The position numbers and the translations under genes are program-made. Of a stretch of DNA of 64,000 nucleotides, positions 1-10,070 are shown one piece after another. The stretch comes from an uncultured Candidatus Saccharibacteria bacterium (GTDB taxonomy: Bacteria > Patescibacteriota > Minisyncoccia > Phycocordibacterales > UBA918). Under the pieces are notes generated by a model. It saw only the letters and a list, made by a program, of their open reading frames with translations. It was not told where the DNA came from and made no database searches. Numbering within the stretch: position 1 is the stretch's first letter; each line of letters begins with the position of its first letter. The stretch spans positions 530 through 64,529 of the forward strand of contig CAZVFY010000004.1 in NCBI GenBank assembly GCA_964626635.1, given 5' to 3'.

Positions 1-72
1 AAACACGTGTCCTTTCAGGGGAGCCCGAGCCACAATCGTAGAAACGAAAATGGCTCGGGTAGAGGGTGGGAA

Positions 73-348
73 CTATGTGCGTTGATACTGAGGAAGAGTG
101 TAGTCAATTGCCTCGGGGTCTTTCAGTCGACGACCCTGTTCGTCGAACCATCCGTCGGCGACCAAATGTGCAAACTCTTCTGGCGTCACCGCATTCGGCC
201 CAAAACACAAAGTAAGAGCCAAGTAGTTTTTGACTGGGTCACTGGGCTCTCCGGGATTCAAGCGATTACACTCTCGCAATAGCGCCTTGTTTCTTTCTTC
301 TTGCGATGCGTTGGCGGGAAGTCCTAGTTCATCATTGGACACAAACAT
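73..348 (-). CDS. hypothetical small protein (91 aa)
   Basis: ORF with GAGGAG Shine-Dalgarno 6-8 nt upstream of ATG (reverse complement of 349-365); more protein-like composition than overlapping + ORF 7..282. Confidence 0.35.
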   Translation of the reverse strand: MFVSNDELGLPANASQEERNKALLRECNRLNPGEPSDPVKNYLALTLCFGPNAVTPEEFAHLVADGWFDEQGRRLKDPEAIDYTLPQYQRT

Positions 349-370
349 GCATGCTCTCTCCTCAGTTCAA

Positions 371-395
371 GTTTAGTTAGATAGAAAAAGGTGGA
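371..395. repeat. left arm of 22-25 bp inverted repeat (gtttagttagatagaaaaaggtgga)
   Basis: Reverse complement matches 650-674 (tccacctttttctatctaacta...) over 22 consecutive nt; read directly from sequence. Confidence 0.8.
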
Positions 396-427
396 GCGGA
401 GTGTGGCAGCACTCCGCAGGTTACTGG

Positions 428-625
428 TCAGACTGGACGCGGCGAGTGTGGTTCGATCGAGTCCATCATCAGCTCGTTAAGTTCTTCTAGAGGAAGTTCC
501 TCTTCCTCTCTATTTTCAGGCGCTAGATCAAAGTTTGGCAGATTTCCTTCCCCTGCTTCGTATGCTTCGATCATTTGCGCCAATACATGATCCATGAAGT
601 CTCTCCCTGATAGCATGGTGGTCAC
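428..625 (-). CDS. hypothetical acidic small protein (65 aa) enclosed by inverted repeats
   Basis: ORF lies exactly between IR arms 371-395 and 650-674; each arm is followed inward by a short GC hairpin (397-418 gcggagtg..cactccgc; 628-645 cgcgg..ccgcg). Confidence 0.3.
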   Translation of the reverse strand: MTTMLSGRDFMDHVLAQMIEAYEAGEGNLPNFDLAPENREEEELPLEELNELMMDSIEPHSPRPV

Positions 626-649
626 CCGCGGCCTGTCCGCGAGTGTTCA

Positions 650-674
650 TCCACCTTTTTCTATCTAACTACAA
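650..674. repeat. right arm of inverted repeat
   Basis: Reverse complement of 371-392. Confidence 0.8.
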
Positions 675-682
675 ATATTTTT

Positions 683-1129
683 TTATATACCTTTCAACGT
701 TCGATCTATATCGCGTTTGACGGCTCGCTGCTTGAGCGTTTCGCGCTTATCCGCTTTCTTTTTACCACGTGCAAGAGCAACCGACAACTTAATTTTTCCA
801 TTTTTATTATAAAATGAAAGTGGCACTATTGTCAACCTATTAGCGTGTGTCTCACGTTCTAGGGTAGCGATTTCTTTTGCCTTTAGTAATAGTGTGCGGG
901 GGCGTTCTGGTTCATAGTTAGCAGGAGTATTGGCAACCTGGTATGGACTAACGCTTGCACCTAATAATGTGGGCACACTATCGTATATCCGTATGTATGC
1001 ACCCTCGAGCTTGCCTTTGCCGGCACGAATGGATTTGACCTCGCTACCGGACAATACGATGCCTGCTTCGAAGGTGTCGAGAATTTCATAATCAAACCTG
1101 GCTTTTCGATGGCGGATAAAAGTGGTCAT
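683..1129 (-). CDS. smpB: SsrA-binding protein SmpB
   Basis: Translation MTTFIRHRKARFDYEILDTFEAGIVLSGSEVKSIRAGKG... matches the conserved SmpB N-terminus and length (~149 aa). Start trimmed from ORF-track 1228 to internal Met at 1129. Confidence 0.85.
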   Translation of the reverse strand: MTTFIRHRKARFDYEILDTFEAGIVLSGSEVKSIRAGKGKLEGAYIRIYDSVPTLLGASVSPYQVANTPANYEPERPRTLLLKAKEIATLERETHANRLTIVPLSFYNKNGKIKLSVALARGKKKADKRETLKQRAVKRDIDRTLKGI

Positions 1130-1175
1130 GCGTGCGACCCAGCATACCAGACCAGGCTGGTTCGGGGAATAGATT

Positions 1176-3377
1176 TTGGCTAGCGTCAAGACGCTTTTTC
1201 TGTATAATGCGACAATGACAAAATCCAATCACACCCCGTCTACACCTGACCAGTTGAACGAGCAGACAGCTGACCCAGTTGTGAAGAATGAAACGACTGA
1301 GCCGATTCTTGCCACTGATAACAAACCTACCAGCGAAACTGATAATAAAGAAGAACCTAAGGTTGCTCCAAAACCAAAACCCAAAACGCGCATCCCCAAG
1401 CCAGCTGACGGCCTGCGCCGCGTGCGGCAGCAGATGCCGCTAGGGCCGGGCAATTTCTGGAACAATATGCTGTCGCTCGTGCTGCTGCTGGTGTTTGTAA
1501 TGCTGGCATTGTCGTTCTTCAGTGATAGTCAACAGACACCAGAAGAGCTGACCCTCTCGCAAGTGGTCGAACAAATCCAGGCCGGTGAGGTCAGCAACAT
1601 TATTGTGCGCGGCTCAAACCTCGAGGTAAATTACAACGAGGAAGGTCGTAATCCCGGCGAAGCCCGTCGCGAGATCGATGCGTCTGTGACCGAATCGCTC
1701 AGCAATTTGGGTGTGACGCCGGAACAATTAGTGGCAGTGCAGATTGATGTCCAGCGCGAAACTGGTCTCGGGTACTGGCTGGGCGTATTTGCGCCGTTCT
1801 TATTCCCGTTACTATTTTTAGGAATTATCATCTGGTTTTTCCTACGGACGGCCAAGGGGGCGGGCATGCAAGCGCTTAATTTTGGCAACAGCAAAGCGCG
1901 CATGATCGACCCAGAGGACAACAAAAACAAAGTCACCTTTAAGGATGTCGCTGGCGCCAAAGAAGCCAAGCGCGAACTTGAGGAGATCGTTGATTTTCTT
2001 AAGAACCCGAAAAAGTTCCTCGACATCGGCGCCGAGATCCCCAAGGGTGTCATGATGATGGGTTCACCAGGAACCGGTAAGACCTTGCTGGCGCGCGCGG
2101 TGGCGGGTGAAGCGGGCGTGCCGTTTTTCTCGATCAGTGGATCGGAATTCGTCGAGATGTTCGTCGGCGTTGGTGCCTCACGCGTACGAGACCTATTTAA
2201 TATGGCCAAAAAGAGCGCGCCAGCAATCATCTTCATCGACGAGATTGATGCTGTCGGCCGTATGCGTGGTTCAGGTATGGGCGGTGGTAACGATGAGCGC
2301 GAGCAAACGCTCAACCAGATTTTAGTCGAGATGGATGGCTTTGAACCAAATGCTAAAGTCATCGTGATGGCGGCGACGAACCGGCCAGACGTGCTCGACT
2401 CGGCGTTATTGCGACCGGGGCGATTTGACCGCCGGGTCACTATCGACCTACCAGACCGGGGTGACCGCGTCGAGATTCTCAAGGTTCACGCTAAAAAGAA
2501 GCCGTTACAGGACGATGTGAATCTAGAAGTCGTCGCGCAGCGGACGCCGGGTTTCTCGGGTGCGGATCTGTACTCGCTTATGAACGAAGCTGCCATCTTG
2601 GCCGCGCGCGAAAAACGCCAAAAAGTCGGACAGTTCGACATTATTCGCTCGATCGAAAAAGTCATGCTCGGCCCCGAGCGCAAGTCCCACGTACTCAGCA
2701 AGCACGAAAAGTTAGTCACCGCGTACCACGAAGTCGGCCACGCGCTAGTGGCGTCAGTCTTGCCGTACGCCGACCCAGTCCAAAAGATCAGTATCATCAG
2801 TCGTGGCCGTGCAGCTGGCTACACGCTCAAGCTGCCTGATCAAGACCGCCGCATGCACACCAAAAAAGAGTTCATGGATGATATCGCCATGACGCTCGGG
2901 GGGTACGTAACCGAAAAGCTTGTGTTCGGCGATCTCTCGACTGGACCGAGTAACGATTTGCAGGTCGTTGCAAACCTCGCCCGTGACATGGTCACAAAAT
3001 ACGGTATGAGCGACTCGCTCGGGCCGATCGCCCTCGAGGGTACAGGCGGCCGGATGCTCGGTGGCGGTGAAAGTGTTGATCGGGGCTACAGTCCGCAGGT
3101 GGCCAAGGCGATTGATGACGAAGTGACTGCCATCATCGAGTTAGGTAAGCAAGAAGCGTCAGCCGTACTGACTAAATACCGCGTTGCTCTCGACAAGATC
3201 TCTGAACGATTGGTCGAAGTTGAGACCATGGAGCGGGAGGAGTACGAAGGCCTGCTCAAGCAACACGGCGTGCCGATCAACGATGCCTTTGAGGCCATCT
3301 ACGGTGAACCACGAACTAGCGAAGACCCGACTCGTGGCCTCGAAGTCCGCCCTGGCGAAGGCGCGAGCGCCAAGTAG
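1176..3377 (+). CDS. ftsH: ATP-dependent zinc metalloprotease FtsH
   Basis: Two TM segments, AAA+ Walker A GSPGTGKT, second region of homology, HEVGHA zinc motif. N-terminal Pro/Lys-rich low-complexity extension. Alternative start at 1215 is preceded by TATAAT at 1203-1208. Confidence 0.9.
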   Translation: MASVKTLFLYNATMTKSNHTPSTPDQLNEQTADPVVKNETTEPILATDNKPTSETDNKEEPKVAPKPKPKTRIPKPADGLRRVRQQMPLGPGNFWNNMLSLVLLLVFVMLALSFFSDSQQTPEELTLSQVVEQIQAGEVSNIIVRGSNLEVNYNEEGRNPGEARREIDASVTESLSNLGVTPEQLVAVQIDVQRETGLGYWLGVFAPFLFPLLFLGIIIWFFLRTAKGAGMQALNFGNSKARMIDPEDNKNKVTFKDVAGAKEAKRELEEIVDFLKNPKKFLDIGAEIPKGVMMMGSPGTGKTLLARAVAGEAGVPFFSISGSEFVEMFVGVGASRVRDLFNMAKKSAPAIIFIDEIDAVGRMRGSGMGGGNDEREQTLNQILVEMDGFEPNAKVIVMAATNRPDVLDSALLRPGRFDRRVTIDLPDRGDRVEILKVHAKKKPLQDDVNLEVVAQRTPGFSGADLYSLMNEAAILAAREKRQKVGQFDIIRSIEKVMLGPERKSHVLSKHEKLVTAYHEVGHALVASVLPYADPVQKISIISRGRAAGYTLKLPDQDRRMHTKKEFMDDIAMTLGGYVTEKLVFGDLSTGPSNDLQVVANLARDMVTKYGMSDSLGPIALEGTGGRMLGGGESVDRGYSPQVAKAIDDEVTAIIELGKQEASAVLTKYRVALDKISERLVEVETMEREEYEGLLKQHGVPINDAFEAIYGEPRTSEDPTRGLEVRPGEGASAK

Positions 3378-3414
3378 TGGCATTGCTATTACAGCAAACG
3401 ACAAAATAGCGCAG

Positions 3415-4104
3415 TTACTGCGCTGTTTTGATATCCGTAATTACCCCGTCAGACATCTCGATGATGCGGTCACACCCCCGAGCGTATTCGGCTTCGTGGG
3501 TGACCATCACGACGGTTTGGCCTTGGTCGTGCAAATCTTTGAGAAGACTCACAACCTGAGTTCCGGATACCGAGTCCAGGTTTGCGGTTGGCTCGTCAGC
3601 AAACAGGATGCTCGGCGTCCCCGCAATGGCACGCGCGATCGATACGCGCTGCTGTTGACCGCCGGACAACTCGGCCGGAAGGTTGCGGTATCGGTCAGAC
3701 AGGTCGACACCATTGAGGGCAGTTCGGGCCAGGTCACGCGCCTCTCCTCGTGTGTGGCCACGCATCAGGAGGGGGAGCATGACGTTCTCTTCGGCTGACA
3801 GGTCTGGCACAAGCGCATAATTTTGGAACACGTACCCCAGTGTCTTGAGACGAAAGGATGTTTGCTCCGACTCGCTCAGTTCGAGGACATTGGTGCCTTG
3901 TACCGTCAAAGTGCCAGTATTGGGTGTATCCAGGAGTGAGACTTGGTACATCAAAGTAGACTTACCCGCGCCGGACTTACCCATAATCGCGACGAATTCG
4001 CCTTGCTTGATGGTGATATCGATGCCCTTGAGGACCTCGGTCACAACGGGGCCATCGTAGAACGTGCGCGTGATATTGTGTGCTTCAATTACGTTCATAG
4101 ACAA
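3415..4104 (-). CDS. ABC transporter ATP-binding protein (MacB/LolD/FtsE-like)
   Basis: Walker A GKSGAGKST, ABC signature LSGGQQQRVSIARA, Walker B ILFADEPT. Confidence 0.85.
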   Translation of the reverse strand: MSMNVIEAHNITRTFYDGPVVTEVLKGIDITIKQGEFVAIMGKSGAGKSTLMYQVSLLDTPNTGTLTVQGTNVLELSESEQTSFRLKTLGYVFQNYALVPDLSAEENVMLPLLMRGHTRGEARDLARTALNGVDLSDRYRNLPAELSGGQQQRVSIARAIAGTPSILFADEPTANLDSVSGTQVVSLLKDLHDQGQTVVMVTHEAEYARGCDRIIEMSDGVITDIKTAQ

Positions 4105-4107
4105 ATG

Positions 4108-5355
4108 TTATTTACGGCCAAGAATGGCGTCAAGGGTATTTTGGCGCACGATAATCCATGCCGGCAAGAAGCCAGCCGCCAGCGTAATCACAAACAGAGC
4201 TATGAACCGATACAGTGTGCCAATCGGTTCGGCCACGAGGATGCCGTCACTAAAGGGGAAGTCAATTGGGTTAAGATCAAAATATCCGACCAGAAAACCG
4301 TACGTGATTAACACACCCAGCGCCGATCCGGCCAATGCATAGAACGCCGCTTGGATCACGTAGGCAATCTGGATGGCTTGTTGTTTGATGCCGATGCCTT
4401 TGAGGATCCCGATCTGCTGGCGGCGCGAGATTGCGTTGATAAAAATAATAATAAAGATCGTGATTGATGCCACTACCAGTCCGATCGAGCCGATCAGAGT
4501 CCCGAGGACATTAAAGGTATTGCGCAAGTCTTGGATGAACTTTGGCTTGGCTTCGTCGTAGGTTTGGATTTTAGCTTGCTCGTCTAACGCAAGCGCAACC
4601 AGCTCGGCTTTGACCTCGTCCGCACTGAATGCAGGGTCAACGCGCATGACAATCTCGTCAGCATCAACCGTAGTCCGACCAAATAGTCGCCTAAATTCTC
4701 GTTCGGGGAGGTAGGTGTTCAGCGATACTTCGTCGACCTTGGATTGGATAATGCCTTTGACAATTAGCTCTTTGGATATGTCACCCGCGGTCAGGCGCAC
4801 GGTGTCGCCCGGACCCACGCCCGAAAGGGAATCGAACACATCACCAAACTGTTCGGCGTACTCTTCGATGTAGTACGATCCGACTAAAATATATCCAGAT
4901 TCTTGATCATCTAGATAGTCACCGTCAAGCAATTTTTCTGATAAGCCCGTCATCGCCTCTTCGTCGGTGGGATTGATGCCAGTCACTCTGACGTTCGCGA
5001 TATCGCGTTCACCGGTCAGGTCGCGACGGGATTTATAGTTCGCTTCAAGTGTGCCGGCCGCTTCGTAGCGGACCGACTGCGCGGTTATTTCTGGAAATTG
5101 TTCAAGGTTATTGACAATGGTGGCGGTATCCAAAATTCGAGTTTCTCCGTCCAGTGGCGTAATAATTAGGTCTCCAATCGATTCGGCCCGTACTGCATTT
5201 TCTGCACCCGCGATCAAACCGACCAGAATACCCGAGACAGCGATCAAATTAAGGAACGTCAACGTCATCACGAACACGATTAAGGTAGTCGTCCAAATAC
5301 TCGCACGTTGAATCTGTCGAAAGCCCAGCAAAAAACCAATGCGGAGAGAACGCAT
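4108..5355 (-). CDS. ABC transporter permease (FtsX/MacB-type)
   Basis: N-terminal TM, large periplasmic domain, C-terminal 3 TM; 4-nt spacing to ATPase gene. Confidence 0.75.
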   Translation of the reverse strand: MRSLRIGFLLGFRQIQRASIWTTTLIVFVMTLTFLNLIAVSGILVGLIAGAENAVRAESIGDLIITPLDGETRILDTATIVNNLEQFPEITAQSVRYEAAGTLEANYKSRRDLTGERDIANVRVTGINPTDEEAMTGLSEKLLDGDYLDDQESGYILVGSYYIEEYAEQFGDVFDSLSGVGPGDTVRLTAGDISKELIVKGIIQSKVDEVSLNTYLPEREFRRLFGRTTVDADEIVMRVDPAFSADEVKAELVALALDEQAKIQTYDEAKPKFIQDLRNTFNVLGTLIGSIGLVVASITIFIIIFINAISRRQQIGILKGIGIKQQAIQIAYVIQAAFYALAGSALGVLITYGFLVGYFDLNPIDFPFSDGILVAEPIGTLYRFIALFVITLAAGFLPAWIIVRQNTLDAILGRK

Positions 5356-5358
5356 ACA

Positions 5359-6852
5359 CTATGGTGCTACCACCGACGTACGTACCGGGATTCCCGTAAT
5401 GGCGGTGTACCCGTCGGTACCACGGAGGATAGTAGTAACGCTAGTCGAACCAAGGGTGTTATCGGGCAGAACGGTAATAACGGTATCGTCAATCACAAAC
5501 CGGCTTGGCAGTCGCAGGGCATCTTGCACTTCCTTAATAATTAATTCTACGTCAGCGTTCAGACCACTGCGTAGCCAGTCAGGTCGCTCATTCATCGTAA
5601 TCGTTGCTTCATAATAGGCGACCCCATCGATCACCGTGGGTGAGAGAGAAATAAAGTCCACCCGGCCCAGCAGCACTTCCTCGTCATTGGTATCAAACAC
5701 CATGCGGGCTTGCTGCCCAGTGCGGATGCGACTCACGTCTAATTCTGGGACCCGAATGGACATGGTAAAAGTGCCGGTGCCGACCAAGGTTAGGATAGGC
5801 GCCGTGGTGACAGCCTCGCCCACACTGGTGTTTATATCACTGATCGTGCCAGCAAAGGGAGCAAATAACTGACGATCTATATTGAGGGCGTCAGTCCGCG
5901 CTACTCGCGCGCGAGCACTGGCAACATCAGCGTTGGCGCGTGCGATCGTTTCGGGCCGGGCGGTGATAGTTTCTGCCGTGGCCTGGCTGTTGGCAAGTGC
6001 CAAGGCCTGCTCGGCATTGCTGACGGCAGTGTCAGCGGCAGTGATCGCAATTTCAAGCGCGTTACGGTTTTGGATATAGCGTGCACCTTCTTGGTTTGGC
6101 ACGGCGATCAACCAGTCAGAGTTGCCGTACCTCCCGCCGGCAGTAAACTGTGCGCGCAAGCCACACGACCCAAATGACACCGGCTGCGTGAACGACACCA
6201 CGAATGTACCCGACTCTAATCCACTGTACCGCACAGAGTAACCAGTGTCTGAACCAGATCGATAGACTTCTAGATTATACGATCCCTCGGCCTGGCAGCG
6301 ATAGGTGCCGGTGATCATTGGGGCAGGGACGGTTTCTTCTGGGTCGACGGTCACCGCGACCAAATCCGTCGATAATAATGTCCGCCGCGCTGCTGCGATC
6401 GCTTCGGCTTGGGTGCGTCTGGTGTTCGTGAGGTTCAGTTCGCTTTGCGCGACTGTGTCAGTAATGGACTGGCGGGTGCTGTCGGTGGGTCCGGCCAGTA
6501 GCTCGTCACGTGCGGCCTCGGCCCGTGCGAGGCCGGCGACCGCTTCGGCCCGGTCGGCGGCGTAACTATTATTGGTAAGACTCGCGAGTAGCTGCCCCTC
6601 GGCGACCTCGTCACCAGCTTGTACCGCCACTTGGGCAATAATACCGGGGTTATTAAATCCTAACAGTACTTCGTTCTGCGCCTCTAACACACCCGACACC
6701 AAAATACTGTCACGCACTGTCCCGGTATCGACGGTGGCTATAATTCGTTCTTCTGGAGTATTCCGAGCCAGCAATACGTTTAGCGCCACCACTGTCACAA
6801 TAATCCCGCCCGCTAGGGCAATATATGTGCGAGGCGAAGTGAGTAATTTCAT
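5359..6852 (-). CDS. HlyD-family periplasmic adaptor (membrane fusion protein)
   Basis: N-terminal TM then long Ala/Glu-rich coiled-coil and beta-barrel-like C-terminal region; operon with ABC permease/ATPase. ORF-track start (6996) overlaps a tRNA; trimmed to Met at 6852. Confidence 0.7.
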   Translation of the reverse strand: MKLLTSPRTYIALAGGIIVTVVALNVLLARNTPEERIIATVDTGTVRDSILVSGVLEAQNEVLLGFNNPGIIAQVAVQAGDEVAEGQLLASLTNNSYAADRAEAVAGLARAEAARDELLAGPTDSTRQSITDTVAQSELNLTNTRRTQAEAIAAARRTLLSTDLVAVTVDPEETVPAPMITGTYRCQAEGSYNLEVYRSGSDTGYSVRYSGLESGTFVVSFTQPVSFGSCGLRAQFTAGGRYGNSDWLIAVPNQEGARYIQNRNALEIAITAADTAVSNAEQALALANSQATAETITARPETIARANADVASARARVARTDALNIDRQLFAPFAGTISDINTSVGEAVTTAPILTLVGTGTFTMSIRVPELDVSRIRTGQQARMVFDTNDEEVLLGRVDFISLSPTVIDGVAYYEATITMNERPDWLRSGLNADVELIIKEVQDALRLPSRFVIDDTVITVLPDNTLGSTSVTTILRGTDGYTAITGIPVRTSVVAP

Positions 6853-6934
6853 ACTAGAATTATACCGCCCGCGAGGAATCAAAATAGAACTTATCAGCGT
6901 TATAGAACGTGACAGTTTCAAACTGCTGGTTGTG

Positions 6935-7011
6935 TGGTCCGCCAGCCAGGATTCGAACCTGGGACCACGGAGGTATAAGCTCCGCGCTCTAACCAACTGA
7001 GCTACTGGCGG
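6935..7011 (-). tRNA. tRNA with anticodon UAU (predicted tRNA-Ile reading AUA), CCA encoded
   Basis: Reverse complement CCGCCAG-TA-GCTC-AGTTGGTTA-GAGC-G-CGGAG-CTTATAC-CTCCG-TGGTC-CCAGG-TTCGAAT-CCTGG-CTGGCGG-A-CCA folds as a canonical cloverleaf with 7-bp acceptor, TAT anticodon and A37. Confidence 0.7.
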
Positions 7012-7131
7012 ATACGAACATAAAGCACAACGTTCATTTTATTCTGCTACGTTATGCGCAATCAAAGAATTTATTTTCTCAGATAGGTTCGCGAAACACT
7101 ATACCGTAATTTGTACTGTTTTGCTTGCTCG

Positions 7132-7431
7132 CTAGTTTTTTTGCTCATTTTCATCTAAATCGAGCGCTGCATCAGTCGCTCGACTAGTACGCAACAGAAC
7201 GAATATCAATACGATCACTAGCACGGTAATCGCGCTCGACACGATCAGTTCTGACCAAATATCATTCGCCTCGTCGGGCAACACTTCTTTCATCAAACTG
7301 ACTAGTGTGTCACGCCAGGTCAGCGCAGCCGCAAAGGTAAACGCGCTGATCAATGCTTCGAACATCCGATCTTTTATTTCTTTTGTAATAACCATGTACA
7401 GATAGTAACATTTGTACATCATTGCATGCAA
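7132..7431 (-). CDS. hypothetical small membrane protein
   Basis: ORF with one C-terminal hydrophobic helix; start uncertain. Confidence 0.3.
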   Translation of the reverse strand: MHAMMYKCYYLYMVITKEIKDRMFEALISAFTFAAALTWRDTLVSLMKEVLPDEANDIWSELIVSSAITVLVIVLIFVLLRTSRATDAALDLDENEQKN

Positions 7432-7437
7432 CCGGAG

Positions 7438-9618
7438 TTATTCCATGTGCAGTGCTTCGCCAATGTTGGCGACTCGTTCAACGATGAACGGAAATTGTTT
7501 CTGTAAGTCTGGATGGGTTCGCACCAGATGCTGCGCCTCATTGCGTGCGGCTTCGACCAGACGTAAATTGCGGATGGCTTCCATGCCTAGGTCAGACAGG
7601 CCCGACTGCTTGCCGCCGTACAACTCACCCGAGCCACGGAACTCGAGGTCGTGCTCGGCCAGCTCGAAACCGTTGGCGGCAGTCGCTAGTGCCTTGAGGC
7701 GGTCGCTGGTTTTCTCGGACTTGCTCTCGGTAACGGCAAAACAATACGGCTGGTGCGTCCCGCGGATGACACGCCCGCGCAGTTGGTGTAACTGTGACAG
7801 TCCAAAACGTTCGGCACCCTCGATGATGATGTTGGTGGCATTAGGTACGTTGACGCCGACCTCGACCACGCTAGTGGCGACCAGCACGTCGATCTGGTGG
7901 TCATTAAATGCTTGCATGACAGCGTCTTTTTCGGCTGGTGTCATGCGGCCGTGGAGGACACCGATACGGTACTCGCTGAACTCGGACTCACCAAGGCGTT
8001 TGGCTTCGGCGGTCACTGATTTCATATTCAGGGCGGTAAGTTTGTCAGGGTCAGGTTCGTCAATGCGCGGACAAATGATATACGCCTGGCGACCCGCGGC
8101 TAGTTCGCTGCGGACGTGTGCGTACATGTCGGCCTGCTGCCCGGGGCCGATGACTTTGGTAATAACGGGCTTGCGCCCGGCGGGCATTTCGTCGAGCAGG
8201 GTAATGTCGAGGTCACCATAGATAGTGAGTGCGAGGGTGCGGGGAATTGGTGTCGCGGTCATGCTGAGGAGGTGCGGTATGCGGGCGTCTTTTTTTGCCA
8301 ACTGTTTGCGTTGATTGGTGCCGAACCGGTGTTGCTCGTCAATGATGACATAGGCAAGGTGCTTAAATTCAACTGATTTATAAATAAGCGCGTGCGTACC
8401 GATCAGGATCGGCACCTCACCATTTTTGACCCATTTCAGTAACTGCGCGCGCGAGATCTTGGTCGGTTTAGTTGGGTCGGTTTTGCTCGGGAACTTGTAA
8501 CAGCCGCTACCAGTGATCAGGCCGAGCTGGATCGGGAGGTGGTGAAAGTATTCGATGAATGATTCGAAGTGCTGCTTGGCGAGGATTTCGGTTGGGGCCA
8601 TGTAGGCGACTTGGAGGTTGCCATATTCAATTTTCTTGCCCGTTCCTTCTGGCGGCCGCGATGTTGCGACGGCGTAGGCGGTGGTCGCTGCAACGGCCGT
8701 TTTACCCGAGCCTACGTCACCTTCAAGTAGGCGGGACATGGCGTGGTTACCCCCAAAATCATCCAAGATCGCCTTGATAGATTTCTGCTGACTACCGGTT
8801 AGCGAGAAGGGGAAGCGGTCAGTGAACGCCGCCAAGTGATCATCGTCAGTCTGAAACGAGTACGTAGTCGCTGCGTTGGCGGCAGCGCGGTTCTGGGCGT
8901 TTTGGATTTGAATATAAAATACTTCCTCAAACGCGAATCGCTTGCGAGCGACCTCGGCGTCTTTGGCTTTTTTTGGGGCGTGGATCATCGGGAAGGCGCG
9001 ATCGAGCGTCGGCAGGTGGTACTTATCGAGGATCGCGGCCGGTATCGGGTCGACCAGAGTGGTGTGCACGTTTTTTTCAAAACACTTTAGGATGGTGTGA
9101 TAAATCCACTTGCTCGTGATGCCTTTGGTTTCGCGATAGACGGGATAGAACGTGTCGTCCATTTGTTCTGATCCAGCAAATATGTTGTCGTGACGGTCGA
9201 TTGGCAAGCTGTCGAGTTTTTCAACCTCGGGGTTCGATAGGTACAGCTTGCCGTCGCTGCCAGCGACTTTCCCGGCCAGTTTGACGTACATGCCGTCGAC
9301 ATACATTTTGGCCATGTACGGCTGGTTGAACCACATGATCTTAATTTTGGCCGAGCCGTCCTCGACATAGCCTTCGGCGATGGGGCGCTTACTTTTCCAC
9401 GCTTTGCGAGTCTTGAGGCCAGATAGCTGCCCGTACACCACGGCCTGTTGGTCTTTGACTAGTCCGTCGACTGACTGGATATCGGCAATGTTTTCGTAGC
9501 GGGCGGGCAGGTGATACAAGAGATCCGCGACGGTCACGATCCGCAATCGCTTTAGCGCTTTTTGGTGGGCTGCGCCTACACGGACGTGGGAGGCGAGGGG
9601 GTCGGAGAGTTGCATCAC
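7438..9618 (-). CDS. recG: ATP-dependent DNA helicase RecG
   Basis: N-terminal wedge domain, helicase motif I GDVGSGKT, motif II DEQHRFG, C-terminal helicase motifs; ~726 aa. Confidence 0.9.
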   Translation of the reverse strand: MMQLSDPLASHVRVGAAHQKALKRLRIVTVADLLYHLPARYENIADIQSVDGLVKDQQAVVYGQLSGLKTRKAWKSKRPIAEGYVEDGSAKIKIMWFNQPYMAKMYVDGMYVKLAGKVAGSDGKLYLSNPEVEKLDSLPIDRHDNIFAGSEQMDDTFYPVYRETKGITSKWIYHTILKCFEKNVHTTLVDPIPAAILDKYHLPTLDRAFPMIHAPKKAKDAEVARKRFAFEEVFYIQIQNAQNRAAANAATTYSFQTDDDHLAAFTDRFPFSLTGSQQKSIKAILDDFGGNHAMSRLLEGDVGSGKTAVAATTAYAVATSRPPEGTGKKIEYGNLQVAYMAPTEILAKQHFESFIEYFHHLPIQLGLITGSGCYKFPSKTDPTKPTKISRAQLLKWVKNGEVPILIGTHALIYKSVEFKHLAYVIIDEQHRFGTNQRKQLAKKDARIPHLLSMTATPIPRTLALTIYGDLDITLLDEMPAGRKPVITKVIGPGQQADMYAHVRSELAAGRQAYIICPRIDEPDPDKLTALNMKSVTAEAKRLGESEFSEYRIGVLHGRMTPAEKDAVMQAFNDHQIDVLVATSVVEVGVNVPNATNIIIEGAERFGLSQLHQLRGRVIRGTHQPYCFAVTESKSEKTSDRLKALATAANGFELAEHDLEFRGSGELYGGKQSGLSDLGMEAIRNLRLVEAARNEAQHLVRTHPDLQKQFPFIVERVANIGEALHME

Positions 9619-9685
9619 TCTTGATCATACCGCAAACACGGCTAGTTGCGACGTGCTTCATTTCTATAGTTGTCCCCGCCAGCGC

Positions 9686-9714
9686 TTGCATCTCTACAAA
9701 TGTTCGGGTATAAA
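9686..9714 (+). promoter_or_regulatory. near-consensus sigma70-like promoter (TTGCAT-N17-TATAAA)
   Basis: Read directly: -35 at 9686-9691, -10 at 9709-9714. Confidence 0.4.
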
Positions 9715-9761
9715 GAAAGGACCGGAGGCAATCACGCCAATGGACAACCAAGGAGTTCGCT

Positions 9762-9941
9762 ATGCGACATCCCAGCACCTTCACATCGTCCGGGTCGACC
9801 TTTTCGCACGCCGCCGTGACCCACGCGCCCGCCGACTCGCATCGCGGCAGCCCCGGCCACAGCGCGACGCACCTGCGCGGCGTCAAGACGGCCAAGATCG
9901 ACGGCGCCGACGCGACCAGCCTGCAGGACATGACCTGCTGA
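9762..9941 (+). CDS. small His-rich ORF (59 aa) with strong SD
   Basis: AAGGAG 7 nt upstream of ATG; GC-rich; followed by GC hairpin (10007-10030) and rho-independent terminator (10071-10094). Below the ORF-track length cutoff. Confidence 0.3.
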   Translation: MRHPSTFTSSGSTFSHAAVTHAPADSHRGSPGHSATHLRGVKTAKIDGADATSLQDMTC

Positions 9942-10070
9942 ACGGTGACCGCCGGCGGGCTGGACATCCCGCCAATTACCGCGACGAGGAGTCGCACTTG
10001 TCCTGAGGGGAGTCGCTTCGGCGACTCCCCAACACACCACCGCTCACCCGAGCAACAGTACATCCGATTT

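Noticed and set aside
7-282. Plus-strand 91-aa ORF at window start
   Set aside because: It overlaps the better-supported minus-strand ORF 73..348, has no SD, and has odd composition.
1631-3404. Antisense ORFs inside ftsH (1631..2482 -, 2486..2797 -, 3159..3404 -)
   Set aside because: These are Ser/Arg-rich antisense artefacts of a well-supported FtsH frame.
5359-6996. ORF-track N-terminal 48 codons of the membrane-fusion protein gene (…LYLRGPRFESWLADHTT…)
   Set aside because: This stretch is the antisense translation of the tRNA at 6935-7011. The gene start was trimmed to Met at 6852.
7412-8221. 269-aa plus-strand ORF antisense to recG
   Set aside because: Low-complexity Ser/Arg/Cys-rich translation; recG motifs are unambiguous on the minus strand.
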